A model generated the notes under the pieces. That model was not told the origin of the DNA. It worked only from the letters and a program-made list of their open reading frames with translations, and ran no database searches. 64,000 nucleotides of DNA from a virus. Each line of letters starts with the position of its first letter. Position 1 is the stretch's first letter. The stretch is taken from IMG/VR virus record IMGVR_UViG_3300027811_000003, positions 32,001-96,000 of that record; one strand, written 5' to 3'. This document shows, in pieces, positions 55,851 to 64,000 of the stretch. The translations under genes and the position numbers were made by a program.

Positions 55851-58169
55851 TTATTCGCCGAAAGAAACTCCAGCGTTGGTGATCGTGAACGTGACTGCGA
55901 CGAATTCTGCAGATTTCGTGGGCTGCAAGAATATCTTACCAGTCATGATGTTCTTGTCGATGAGTTCGGCGGTGTTTGTCGTCGAATCCATGACGATCTT
56001 GAAACGCTCAACTCCTTGGTCCTGCCTGATCTGCTCGAAGATCGGGTTGACTTTCTTGGTGAACTTCTGCCACGTGGCGGCGTTGTTACTCTCGAAGAGA
56101 AGACCGCGAGCGGCCTTGGCAACGACTTTCTTCCCGTAAATCATCAGTCTTCGAACGTTGACTCTGTCAAGCGCAGAAGCTTTGACTTGGAGAGTTTTCT
56201 GTCCGTAGATCACGATACCCTCATCAGGGAACGTGGCGATCGGGTTGATCCTGTTGTCATAGAGAAGGTTGCGATCGTCGACGTTCAAGCGATCAGCTAC
56301 GTCGAACACGTCGAACTGGTTGAGTCCCCCTCGGTTGTGACCAGCGGGAGCAAACCAAGGATGACCGACGCGGTCAGAGAACGCGAGTGCGCCGAGGACA
56401 GCGACAGACGGAGCGACCCTAACGATCTTGACGCTCTTCTTGTCTTTCATCTTCAGGTCAGGATAGTAACACGAAGTGTAATTGTCGTCGATTTCTCTAG
56501 ACTTGAGGAGGTCGACAGCTTCAGCGACAGAAGAACCAGTGACATCCATGACGTACAGAGTGTCTTTTCTGTTGTTGACCATCTGTCTAGCGTTGTCAGT
56601 CACCTTGATGTTGTGCACCGCTGGAATTGCGACGATGTTCATATCGACAGTGTCAGGATTAGATATGGTGTCTATAGCTCTCTTGAGAGAAACGACACCG
56701 ATGTCAGTGTCGTCAGCGCTGTTCGTGATATAAGTTGGATCAGACACTCTAGCGTCAAATCCGTCGAATCCACCCTGGAACGGCATGACAAACTTGTGCA
56801 TCGACGACGAAGCATAAACTCCAGCGTATTTCAAGCTATCGGCGAGAGTGGGAACGTAATTCCAAACCTGCTTGCCGTTTCTGTAACTCGCGCTGAGGAA
56901 CGAAAGCGAGAAGTCTGCGTCTGCACCAAGTACTGCTGTAATAGGATCTGCCTTCATCCTCTCTTCGACAGAGCCGCTGACGAACGAAATTCCCCAGCAG
57001 ATGTTAGTGTCGATGTTTCCGACTCTGTCTATCTGGTTAGGTGTGAGACGGAGATCGGGAACAACTGAAATGTTGCTGCCCGTGGCAAACGACTCTTTCG
57101 CGTAGCCTCTGTGTCCCCATGGCAGAGATTCGTCGGGAGCGTCGACTGTCGTGTCCAACTCGACTCTAACGAACCTGCTGTTGTTCTCGTGGTCGCCAGA
57201 ACCAACGAACTTCCTCTGAGTCGTGTCGAACACTTCCTGATGGTCGCCGATGACGCGAAGGATGTAGTTGGGAGAGTCAGGATCAAGCGTGCATCCAACG
57301 AATGTCTCCGTTGTTTCAACTCTCTGGTCTGTGTCGAAGAAGTTTCTCACTATGACGTCGAACGTTCCGTACGGAGTAGAGAGCGGAGAAGGAGAAGACT
57401 TGACGTTGGCGATTTCCACCTTCACGTCGTCGTTGGCAGAGTTACCGTGTCCGAGAGTGTGGAACCTGAAAAGATTAAACTCCTGACCACCGACAGGCTG
57501 CGACTTGATCCAAGGAGTAGAAGCTCCAGTGAAGTTCTTCCTGTAGTCAGTCGTACTACCCGTTATCTCAGTGAGACCCCACGACGCAGAAGCAGAAGGA
57601 ACTGCCCACTTGTACATCTCGTAGAGATAGTGACCATAAACATCATACTTCGTCGGGTCAGTGTTCATGACTTTCTGGATGTAATCGGGAGACGTGGGAG
57701 CGAACGACGCAGTAGTTGCGAACAGAACTCCAGCCGAACCAGTGAGCTTCACGACGAACTTGTTAGCGTCGAGAGCGACTCCAACGACAGACAAAGATTC
57801 TTTGCTTCCAGTGTGATGAACGATCGCGAGGACCTGTCCGACGTCAGCGTCGGTGATACCAGAAATCTGATCAACGAAGTATCCGTTCGTTGTCGAAGTG
57901 CCGTCGTCGTGACCGAGCACTCTGACGACGTTAAGAACGTTAGAATTCTTCAGATAGTTCTTCGCGGCATACGGCATCTGCATCGAAGTATCGACGTCAC
58001 CGAAGACTGAAGCAAAACCGTCGAAGCCATCGACAGTGACGGGAACGAACGCAGGACCTTTAGCAGTCCTGCCTATGACAGCGGCGCCAGTGCCGACAGT
58101 ACCCTGAGAAAGAAAACTGACGTCGTTTTCCTCAGAGAAAACTCCAGGTGAACCATATTTTTGAGCCAT
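55851..58169 (-). CDS. tail sheath protein (T4 gp18-like)
   Basis: SPGVF..E.D, KGPAFVP, PWFAPAG..RG, INPI, GQKTLQ...LDRVNVRRL, QPTKSAEF. Confidence 0.95.
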   Translation of the reverse strand: MAQKYGSPGVFSEENDVSFLSQGTVGTGAAVIGRTAKGPAFVPVTVDGFDGFASVFGDVDTSMQMPYAAKNYLKNSNVLNVVRVLGHDDGTSTTNGYFVDQISGITDADVGQVLAIVHHTGSKESLSVVGVALDANKFVVKLTGSAGVLFATTASFAPTSPDYIQKVMNTDPTKYDVYGHYLYEMYKWAVPSASASWGLTEITGSTTDYRKNFTGASTPWIKSQPVGGQEFNLFRFHTLGHGNSANDDVKVEIANVKSSPSPLSTPYGTFDVIVRNFFDTDQRVETTETFVGCTLDPDSPNYILRVIGDHQEVFDTTQRKFVGSGDHENNSRFVRVELDTTVDAPDESLPWGHRGYAKESFATGSNISVVPDLRLTPNQIDRVGNIDTNICWGISFVSGSVEERMKADPITAVLGADADFSLSFLSASYRNGKQVWNYVPTLADSLKYAGVYASSSMHKFVMPFQGGFDGFDARVSDPTYITNSADDTDIGVVSLKRAIDTISNPDTVDMNIVAIPAVHNIKVTDNARQMVNNRKDTLYVMDVTGSSVAEAVDLLKSREIDDNYTSCYYPDLKMKDKKSVKIVRVAPSVAVLGALAFSDRVGHPWFAPAGHNRGGLNQFDVFDVADRLNVDDRNLLYDNRINPIATFPDEGIVIYGQKTLQVKASALDRVNVRRLMIYGKKVVAKAARGLLFESNNAATWQKFTKKVNPIFEQIRQDQGVERFKIVMDSTTNTAELIDKNIMTGKIFLQPTKSAEFVAVTFTITNAGVSFGE

Positions 58170-58274
58170 GTTTGTTAATCTCCAAAGAAAACGTGTCGGG
58201 TCGTCAAATCATGACGACGCTTCTCGAGATTAACTATGTCGCGAAAAACTCAAAAGCGCAAAAACGCGTATTAA

Positions 58275-59111
58275 TTAGCTTCCAAAGATCTTTTCTATTT
58301 CTTCTAAGTCATCGAGAAACACAACTTCTTCATCGACGAATCTCAGATTGAAGGCTGTTCGTTCCATTTTCACGGCTGGTTTCTCTCCCTCTGGGTCTAA
58401 CTGAAGGACGGCAGGAACAGTGAACGAAGTGTTGAACGCTATTATTCTTTCTTGATCAGTAAATTCTTCCAAGTTGCCAGCGTCGTTTATGGTCGAGTCG
58501 AAGAAACCAACGACGTAAGCCTTGCCGGGAGATTTCCTGTCTTCGAACTCGACTCCGATCTGCGGATGTTTGCCCGGGTTGTCGAACTCAGCCACGAAGG
58601 ACTTTCCTATGTCTAGTTCGTTGAACATCTTCTCCAGGATCGAATTCATTTGAGATATGTACTGCGCCTGTATCTGCAACTCGTAAGTTATCTTGTTCTT
58701 GTCTGGAAACGGAATCGAGAACACTTCATAGACGACAGGTTTGTTCAATGATCTTTGAGACAGAGGTCTAAGCTTTTCTAGATTCATCAAGTCGTTAGTT
58801 TTCTGCGAGATCCTCTTCGAGAAGACGATGTTCGCAGTTTCTGCTCCCAGCGCTCCCATGCTAGGCTCAGGATTTATGTTCGAACGTCTTATGGATATTA
58901 TGGGAAGGATCAGGACGCCGTTCGAATCTCTGACACCCCTCTTAGTTCTAGAAGTGACCCATCGCTCTCCAGACGACCAATTCACAACGACTTTCTTCCT
59001 GTCGCCGTTCGGTTGCTTCACGTGTGCGTCTACTGTCAGATCAAACCATGCCGCTACAGCCTTATCGATACTTTCGATAGTAATATTTTGATAATCAGGA
59101 TATTGTTGCAT
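58275..59111 (-). CDS. tail completion/terminator protein (gp15-like)
   Basis: Position before sheath; ERW...RDSNG.LILP.ISI.R, P....ITYE. Confidence 0.65.
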   Translation of the reverse strand: MQQYPDYQNITIESIDKAVAAWFDLTVDAHVKQPNGDRKKVVVNWSSGERWVTSRTKRGVRDSNGVLILPIISIRRSNINPEPSMGALGAETANIVFSKRISQKTNDLMNLEKLRPLSQRSLNKPVVYEVFSIPFPDKNKITYELQIQAQYISQMNSILEKMFNELDIGKSFVAEFDNPGKHPQIGVEFEDRKSPGKAYVVGFFDSTINDAGNLEEFTDQERIIAFNTSFTVPAVLQLDPEGEKPAVKMERTAFNLRFVDEEVVFLDDLEEIEKIFGS

Positions 59112-59958
59112 ATTTCACCAAATAACGATGTAATGTCTGTTTCGAAACATTCAACTCTGGATGAGAATCGTAAAAAGCGGATTCAGTTAAACGAGATTTT
59201 TTCCACTCTTCAACGAGCTCATTTGCTTTGTCGTCTGATATTTTTCTATGCTTGAGCGAGTTGACTCTTTTAACTTCTGGTCTTGCATTAAAAACTTTTG
59301 CAATTAAGCTCATTTTTGCTTTTGCTTCTGACAAATTTTTGATTCGCTTTTGAGTAATACTCATTTTTGCTTTTGACTTTGCAGAATGTTTTTTACCAAT
59401 ATGCGATAAACTCATTTTTGCTTTTACTTCTTGTTTACTAAGCGCGATCCTGGTAGAAATGCTTATCTTTTCTTTTACGTCTAAACGATTTTGAGATATT
59501 TTTGACGCAGCACTTTTTCTTGCTTTGACATCGGGACGTTCATTGACAAGCTTCATTTTTTGTCTTGTTTCAATGGACCACTTTGTTCCTCCACTACCAT
59601 CACCACCGAGAGTGCAATTCGTTAAGTCTTCTCCCCGTTTTCTCAATTCGCTTATGAACATTATCTCGTAAAGATTAACAAACTCAGAATTATTAAATTC
59701 AGCAAGAATACTAACTTTAGGTTCAAGATTTTTGTATTTCAAGCTTTTAAGCCAATTGCCAACGTGGGCAAATTCGTGACGTTTGAAATCAAATATTCTA
59801 TTTTTGCCATTTATTGTTTTGCCGATGTAACGAATCTTTAAAGTTTCAGGATCATGATATCCGTAAATGCAGTTAGACGAAATAAAATCATTCTTGGACA
59901 CAAAAGTATAGTCTACGTCTTCTATAGTGACGTTCTGATAGTTTGGTCGAGGGTCCAT
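59095..59958 (-). mobile_element. GIY-YIG homing endonuclease with NUMOD3-like repeats
   Basis: CIYG...RYIGKT, E..I, NCTLGGDG, repeated KAKMS; AT-rich. Confidence 0.88.
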
Positions 59959-60005
59959 GTATATCTCCTGGCCTTTCTAAGTAGGCCCACTCAGACCTTC
60001 AAGCG

Positions 60006-60698
60006 TCACCGTGACAAGAATTTCTTGATCGTAGTGGCTGAAACGATGAACGCCATATGTTCGTATCCTTCGTGCGCCATAGAGACTATTCCGACGATTC
60101 GACCGTCTTGAAACACTGGACTGCCGCTTGAACCGCCAACTACTGGCGCTGAGACGAGTTGCCTTCCTCCGACAGCGGGAACGCTGTCGTCAAAAGTGAC
60201 TGTCACGAATCCAGAAGTCAGTACTGGAAATGTGACACCGTCAGGATATCCGATGTTCGTGACTTCAGATCCAGCTTCTGCGTCGCGTGATGCGACAGCT
60301 GCGATGTTCTTGAGATCGCAATCTGTCTTGAGCAACGCCAAGTCGTTTTCTTTGTCTATCTTTTCGAGCGTCGCCTCGCACACGACAGAACCAGAAAAAT
60401 TCAAGAATTTCATTTTCACGTCATCAACGGTGACGCCTAGATCTGACAGTGATGTTGGTAAGAGCGTAGAAGCGCAATGAGCAGCAGTCAGAACGTTGTG
60501 CGTAGATATCGCCACTCCCGAACACGTCGACTTTATCTTTACGTCTTTGAACTTCTCCGCGAGCTTTCCAGTGAATTTCAGCGTCTTGACCGTGCTCAAG
60601 AACACAGTCGACTTGATGTCTCGCTGATTTTCAGAAACGGAGACATGACAGCACGAAGAAAGAAAAAGCGTTGCGACGATCAGTGACATCTTGTTCAT
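60006..60698 (-). CDS. trypsin-like serine protease, putative lipoprotein
   Basis: TAAHC, NDLAL, GGSSGSP; N-terminal signal with LSSC lipobox. Confidence 0.88.
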   Translation of the reverse strand: MNKMSLIVATLFLSSCCHVSVSENQRDIKSTVFLSTVKTLKFTGKLAEKFKDVKIKSTCSGVAISTHNVLTAAHCASTLLPTSLSDLGVTVDDVKMKFLNFSGSVVCEATLEKIDKENDLALLKTDCDLKNIAAVASRDAEAGSEVTNIGYPDGVTFPVLTSGFVTVTFDDSVPAVGGRQLVSAPVVGGSSGSPVFQDGRIVGIVSMAHEGYEHMAFIVSATTIKKFLSR

Positions 60699-60712
60699 TC
60701 GAATCCCTTCGT

Positions 60713-61261
60713 TTAGTGTTGCGTTTCAGCCCACTCTTTGTATCTACGCTCTTCGCAGCTACAGCACTCGCAATTTCTCGGGTGAGAGTTGTCTATACCT
60801 TCTGAGTTTCTGCCTCCCGCGGTGAACTGTCCCTCGCGAGCAGGAACGCAAACGCACTTGACTTGCAGACGTTCGTTCAATTGTCCGAACACTATCTGAG
60901 GAGTCGTCGCTGACGTGATCTCTGAGTACACGCCGCCAATTTCGAGGAAGTCGCCTTCCTTCGGAGAAACGTTGCGCTCGTCCAACTCGTTCTTGTGGAA
61001 GTAAACTTCTGTCGGGTATTTCGAATCGACGCCAAACTTCGTCGTAGTCGACTGCGTGTTGTCCCACAAGATACGCGCGTTGATCTTGACGGGAGGTTCC
61101 CACACTTTCTCTATCGCTTCTTCGTAGAGAGAGTGCACGCTGCTCTTCTCTAGAGAGATAGCGTAGTACGTAACTTCTTCGCCAGTGACGCTTTGAACTA
61201 GCTCTCTATCGATTGAATCGATGAAGTCAAGCTCAGCGTGAGTTACGAACTTACGAGACAA
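60713..61261 (-). CDS. neck/head-closure protein (gp14-like)
   Basis: Follows gp13-like gene; LYEEA..K, PKEGDF..G..SEI. Confidence 0.7.
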   Translation of the reverse strand: MSRKFVTHAELDFIDSIDRELVQSVTGEEVTYYAISLEKSSVHSLYEEAIEKVWEPPVKINARILWDNTQSTTTKFGVDSKYPTEVYFHKNELDERNVSPKEGDFLEIGGVYSEITSATTPQIVFGQLNERLQVKCVCVPAREGQFTAGGRNSEGIDNSHPRNCECCSCEERRYKEWAETQH

Positions 61262-62474
61262 TCGTCGCTCCGTGTTTGTTCAACATATCAAGCAAAAATT
61301 GTCCAATAATTATAACAGGTATGGCCCCGATGTAGATTCCGAGAGGGACGTTCTTGATCACTTCAGCCAACGCAGTAGCTTTCTCAGCTTCTATGGTAGC
61401 TAGTTTGTCGTACGTCATGCTGTCAAGCATCGCCTTCAAGTCTTCGCGAAGTCTGTCTTGCGTCGTTCTAGCGTCAGCTATGAGCTCAGGACCGTTCAAC
61501 GTCAGATCGCCGTTAGGAATTGGTATGGTCGCCATCTTCGACCTGATCTGTCCTTCTATCTCTTTCGCGTAAGCGAACGTCATGTTTCTTATCCACGTCT
61601 TCGAAATAGAATTCAAGTTCGAATATACTATGTTTCCAAACGGGATGTTAGACAAGTTAGAGACGCCGCTGTAACGCGGGTTTTCCACTGTTGACCCAGA
61701 GACAGAGCTGATCACTGTCGGTTTAGTCGGGTCAGAAGGGTAGCACCACTCTATCCACAACGGGATGTTGTTAGTCGGAGGAGGGTACAGAGTCAACACG
61801 TTGTTATTGATTTCATAGCTATAGTTCGATCGTCTGACGTTGTTAGACGACTTGAACTGCATCCCGCGGAGGATGTCTTCCCAAATAGGCAAGAGGTAGA
61901 ATATCGTCTCTGGCGTGTACGACTCGAAGCCAAACTGATTGTTCAAGTAGTTTAGACCCGACGTCGTTCCAAAGAACCTGTAAGCAGACACTGGAGAGAA
62001 GTGGAACACTTTCTTAATTACTATTCTTCCTGAACCTGACGAATGTGTGGTGAGCAACGCATCCAAATCGTACTTCTGTTGGCCTATGGACAAGTCTATC
62101 GACGCGCTGTACATCTTCGTAGAAGTGTTCACGGTGAACGGACCAGCGTCGCCATACGGCTCTGCCATCTGGTTTTCAAATTCCAAGTTCTGGATGACGT
62201 ACTTGTTCTCTGACCCTTGCAACGACCCCGTCGGCGCGCCCAAGAACGTCGTTAGCACTGACTTCGCCTGATACGAGTTGACTATCGCGCTGTATTCGAG
62301 AGACGCTTCTTCGAACGACGCGTACACTTGGTTCTCGTATATGTGAGCCTTCATCACGGGAGCGCCCAACTTACGACGGACGAAGTCCACCATGGCATCA
62401 GCGTCGTGTTGAAACTGGACGTCAGCGTCGAACACTCCGAATGGCGTCGGCGTCTTCATCGGATCAAACGGCAT
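61251..62474 (-). CDS. neck/adaptor protein (gp13-like)
   Basis: RRKLGAPV, WIR...A.AKE..G.IRSK...IPIP...LNG..L, VPLGIYIG. Confidence 0.8.
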   Translation of the reverse strand: MPFDPMKTPTPFGVFDADVQFQHDADAMVDFVRRKLGAPVMKAHIYENQVYASFEEASLEYSAIVNSYQAKSVLTTFLGAPTGSLQGSENKYVIQNLEFENQMAEPYGDAGPFTVNTSTKMYSASIDLSIGQQKYDLDALLTTHSSGSGRIVIKKVFHFSPVSAYRFFGTTSGLNYLNNQFGFESYTPETIFYLLPIWEDILRGMQFKSSNNVRRSNYSYEINNNVLTLYPPPTNNIPLWIEWCYPSDPTKPTVISSVSGSTVENPRYSGVSNLSNIPFGNIVYSNLNSISKTWIRNMTFAYAKEIEGQIRSKMATIPIPNGDLTLNGPELIADARTTQDRLREDLKAMLDSMTYDKLATIEAEKATALAEVIKNVPLGIYIGAIPVIIIGQFLLDMLNKHGATIVS

Positions 62475-62488
62475 AGTTATACCACTCC

Positions 62489-63169
62489 TTATCTGTAGAA
62501 GCTCTTAGAGGTCGGAGCGGCCCTCGGATCAATCGCCAGGCCACCGTCAACATTGTCGAGGAATTCAGCTATCTTCTTCTCCATTCCGCGCTGAACCCAA
62601 CGTCTTGTCTTGATCTCGACTGACTCAGACTCGGGAGAAAAGTCATCCCACTTCTTGAAGCCTGCACGTTCAGCAGCAGCGCAGAAAGCGTCTCTCACTT
62701 TGTCGTCAGGAAACGCGAGAGTCGTTGGCTCACCACGCTGAGAGTTGTTCTTGAGCGTGGAAACGATCTCGTTAGACCTACGCTCTCCGACAGCTTCCTT
62801 GGCGAGCGACCGAGGAGTTGCTGGTTTCGTGTCGTCGCCAGTCAATGGAGAAGACATGAAGTTTCGATTTGCTCTGACGTAGCCCTTCTCTTTCTGCATG
62901 AAGTCTCCTACAGCCTTGGCAAATCCTCGACTGACGAAGTGCTGAGTGTCGATGTCGACGACGTCTTGCTCTTCGCCTTGTTCGAAGTCCTTGTCTGGAA
63001 CGAAGCCAGCCTTCTTGGCAGCGACCATGAAGTTGGAAGCTGACTCGTCGTCAGGAAAAACGAGAGAAATCTTCTCGCGCTTGTTCGCAGCGTCCTTGAG
63101 AGCGAAAACGATCTCGCCAGGTTGTCTGGCGTCTTCGCGGATCACAAAGACGTGGCGAATCGAGATCAC
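62489..63169 (-). CDS. hypothetical protein with internal duplication
   Basis: Two FPDD...AA..AGF....F...RG units. Confidence 0.7.
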   Translation of the reverse strand: MISIRHVFVIREDARQPGEIVFALKDAANKREKISLVFPDDESASNFMVAAKKAGFVPDKDFEQGEEQDVVDIDTQHFVSRGFAKAVGDFMQKEKGYVRANRNFMSSPLTGDDTKPATPRSLAKEAVGERRSNEIVSTLKNNSQRGEPTTLAFPDDKVRDAFCAAAERAGFKKWDDFSPESESVEIKTRRWVQRGMEKKIAEFLDNVDGGLAIDPRAAPTSKSFYR

Positions 63170-63172
63170 GTG

Positions 63173-63508
63173 TTACGCCTCGATTTCGCTCGGACTCTCA
63201 CCCTCTGCGCTTTCGATCTGAACAGAGAACTCGCGGAGGACGTCCTTGATACGTTCAAGCGCTTTGGGATCAACTCCTTTGATACCGGCCTTCATCGTGA
63301 GAACTTTCGCGTAATCGTCGACGATCTTCTCAAGCTTAGGATCAAGCTTCGGAGCAGCTTCGTCGATGTCATGTTCAGCCTCAGGACCGACGACGTCGAT
63401 ATGAGCGTCCTTGGCCTTGACTTCGATGTCGTTCTCTTCCTTGTTTCCACCTTCAGCGCACGTGCGCGCCTCTTTAATCAAAAACACTTTAGAAAGTTTC
63501 GGGGTCAT
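63173..63508 (-). CDS. acidic hypothetical protein, possible head-internal protein
   Basis: AAGGAG RBS; LIKEA motif. Confidence 0.7.
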   Translation of the reverse strand: MTPKLSKVFLIKEARTCAEGGNKEENDIEVKAKDAHIDVVGPEAEHDIDEAAPKLDPKLEKIVDDYAKVLTMKAGIKGVDPKALERIKDVLREFSVQIESAEGESPSEIEA

Positions 63509-63542
63509 TTAGTTCTCTCCTTTAAGGGAACAATCCTACGTT

Positions 63543-63548
63543 TAATTA
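63543..63548 (-). promoter_or_regulatory. putative late promoter TANTTA
   Basis: Same hexamer in several intergenic regions upstream of structural genes. Confidence 0.4.
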
Positions 63549-63608
63549 GAAGAGACGAGAAGATGGTGGAACGACGTCAACACTTTTCACGATGTTGCTA
63601 TAGCACGC

Positions 63609-63648
63609 AAAAAGCAAAAGGGACCAAGAGATTGGTCCCAGTTGCTTT
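63609..63648 (-). terminator. intrinsic terminator of capsid gene
   Basis: GGGACCAA-TCTC-TTGGTCCC followed by TTTTGCTTTTT on minus. Confidence 0.8.
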
Positions 63649-63675
63649 ATAGGAATTTAAACCTATTGATTTTGT

Positions 63676-64000
63676 TTAGATGACGCTCATGTCGTGGACG
63701 GTGATAGTGCCGTAGAAGTCAGAGCGAACCATCTTCTTGGCGTACCGAGTCATCACACCCTTGCGAGGCGAGAAATCTTCGGGAGCGTAGATTGTGGGAG
63801 TCACGATGAGAGGCACATACGGAGCGTACACGAACCCAGTCTCGAGGAACGTGCTGCCCTTGTACCCGACGAGGATCTTGTTCCGCGGGAAGTACGGATC
63901 CTTGTACACGGTGAACCTGCTGTTAAGCGTGCCGACCTTCTCAGTGCCGATGGTGAACATCGTCTCCTGCGGGTCGAGCGAAACAACCGGCTTGTAAAGC
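63676..64000 (-). CDS. major capsid protein, 3' end (T4 gp23-like; continues beyond window)
   Basis: VYKDPY, LVGYKG..FLETG.VYAPYVPL, PEDFSPRKGVMTRY. Confidence 0.95.
   Translation of the reverse strand, partial: LYKPVVSLDPQETMFTIGTEKVGTLNSRFTVYKDPYFPRNKILVGYKGSTFLETGFVYAPYVPLIVTPTIYAPEDFSPRKGVMTRYAKKMVRSDFYGTITVHDMSVI

Noticed and set aside
59095-59958. Group I intron around the GIY-YIG ORF
   Set aside because: No flanking non-coding space for a ribozyme core, and the downstream gene has its own complete start
61251-61330. Hydrophobic extension after VPLGIYIG in the neck protein
   Set aside because: May be a simple stop-codon loss; cannot be assessed without homolog alignment
103-63997. 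Many plus-strand ORFs in the track, some long (e.g. 55821..57068, 17726..18601, 57111..58010)
   Set aside because: All lie antisense to well-supported minus-strand genes and show no motifs; they are shadow ORFs of the codon bias
1-64000. CRISPR array or Cas genes
   Set aside because: No regularly spaced direct repeats or Cas motifs seen
1-64000. Stop-codon reassignment
   Set aside because: Conserved genes are intact in the standard code; TAA, TAG and TGA all terminate genes

Overview
This 64 kb window comes from a large, T4-like contractile-tailed phage (myovirus or jumbo type). Every credible gene is on the minus strand and the genetic code is standard. In transcription order (right to left) it contains four blocks. 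(1) A virion module: major capsid protein 3' end, neck proteins, a lipoprotein trypsin-like protease, a GIY-YIG homing endonuclease, tail completion, sheath, tube, a collagen-containing fibre followed by three small adhesin-like genes sharing an N-terminal MFASLML[IL]KPK peptide, a tail chaperone with a likely +1 frameshift, tape measure and baseplate genes. (2) A minimal family A polymerase, an HD hydrolase, and a 1174-aa multidomain protein (2H phosphoesterase, three protein-kinase-like domains, HxGH nucleotidyltransferase) whose domains are joined by prohead-protease-like [ILV]xE linkers. (3) Replication and nucleotide genes: SSB, RecA/UvsX, 5'-3' exonuclease, helicase, class II RNR with an HNH intein, and DnaE split by a split intein with a free-standing endonuclease between the halves. 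A probable cytosine hypermodification pathway is spread through this block: Asp-type ThyA-like enzyme, NTP pyrophosphatases, methyltransferases, a plant-RGP/UDP-arabinopyranose-mutase-like protein, dNMP kinase and a glycosyltransferase, plus ThyX and dCMP deaminase. (4) Many small accessory and membrane ORFs. The best candidates for undescribed systems are the putative capsid-packaged anti-defence polyprotein, the RGP-mutase-linked DNA glycosylation pathway, and the interchangeable fibre-tip set. All calls come from motif recognition by eye; no database searches were run.
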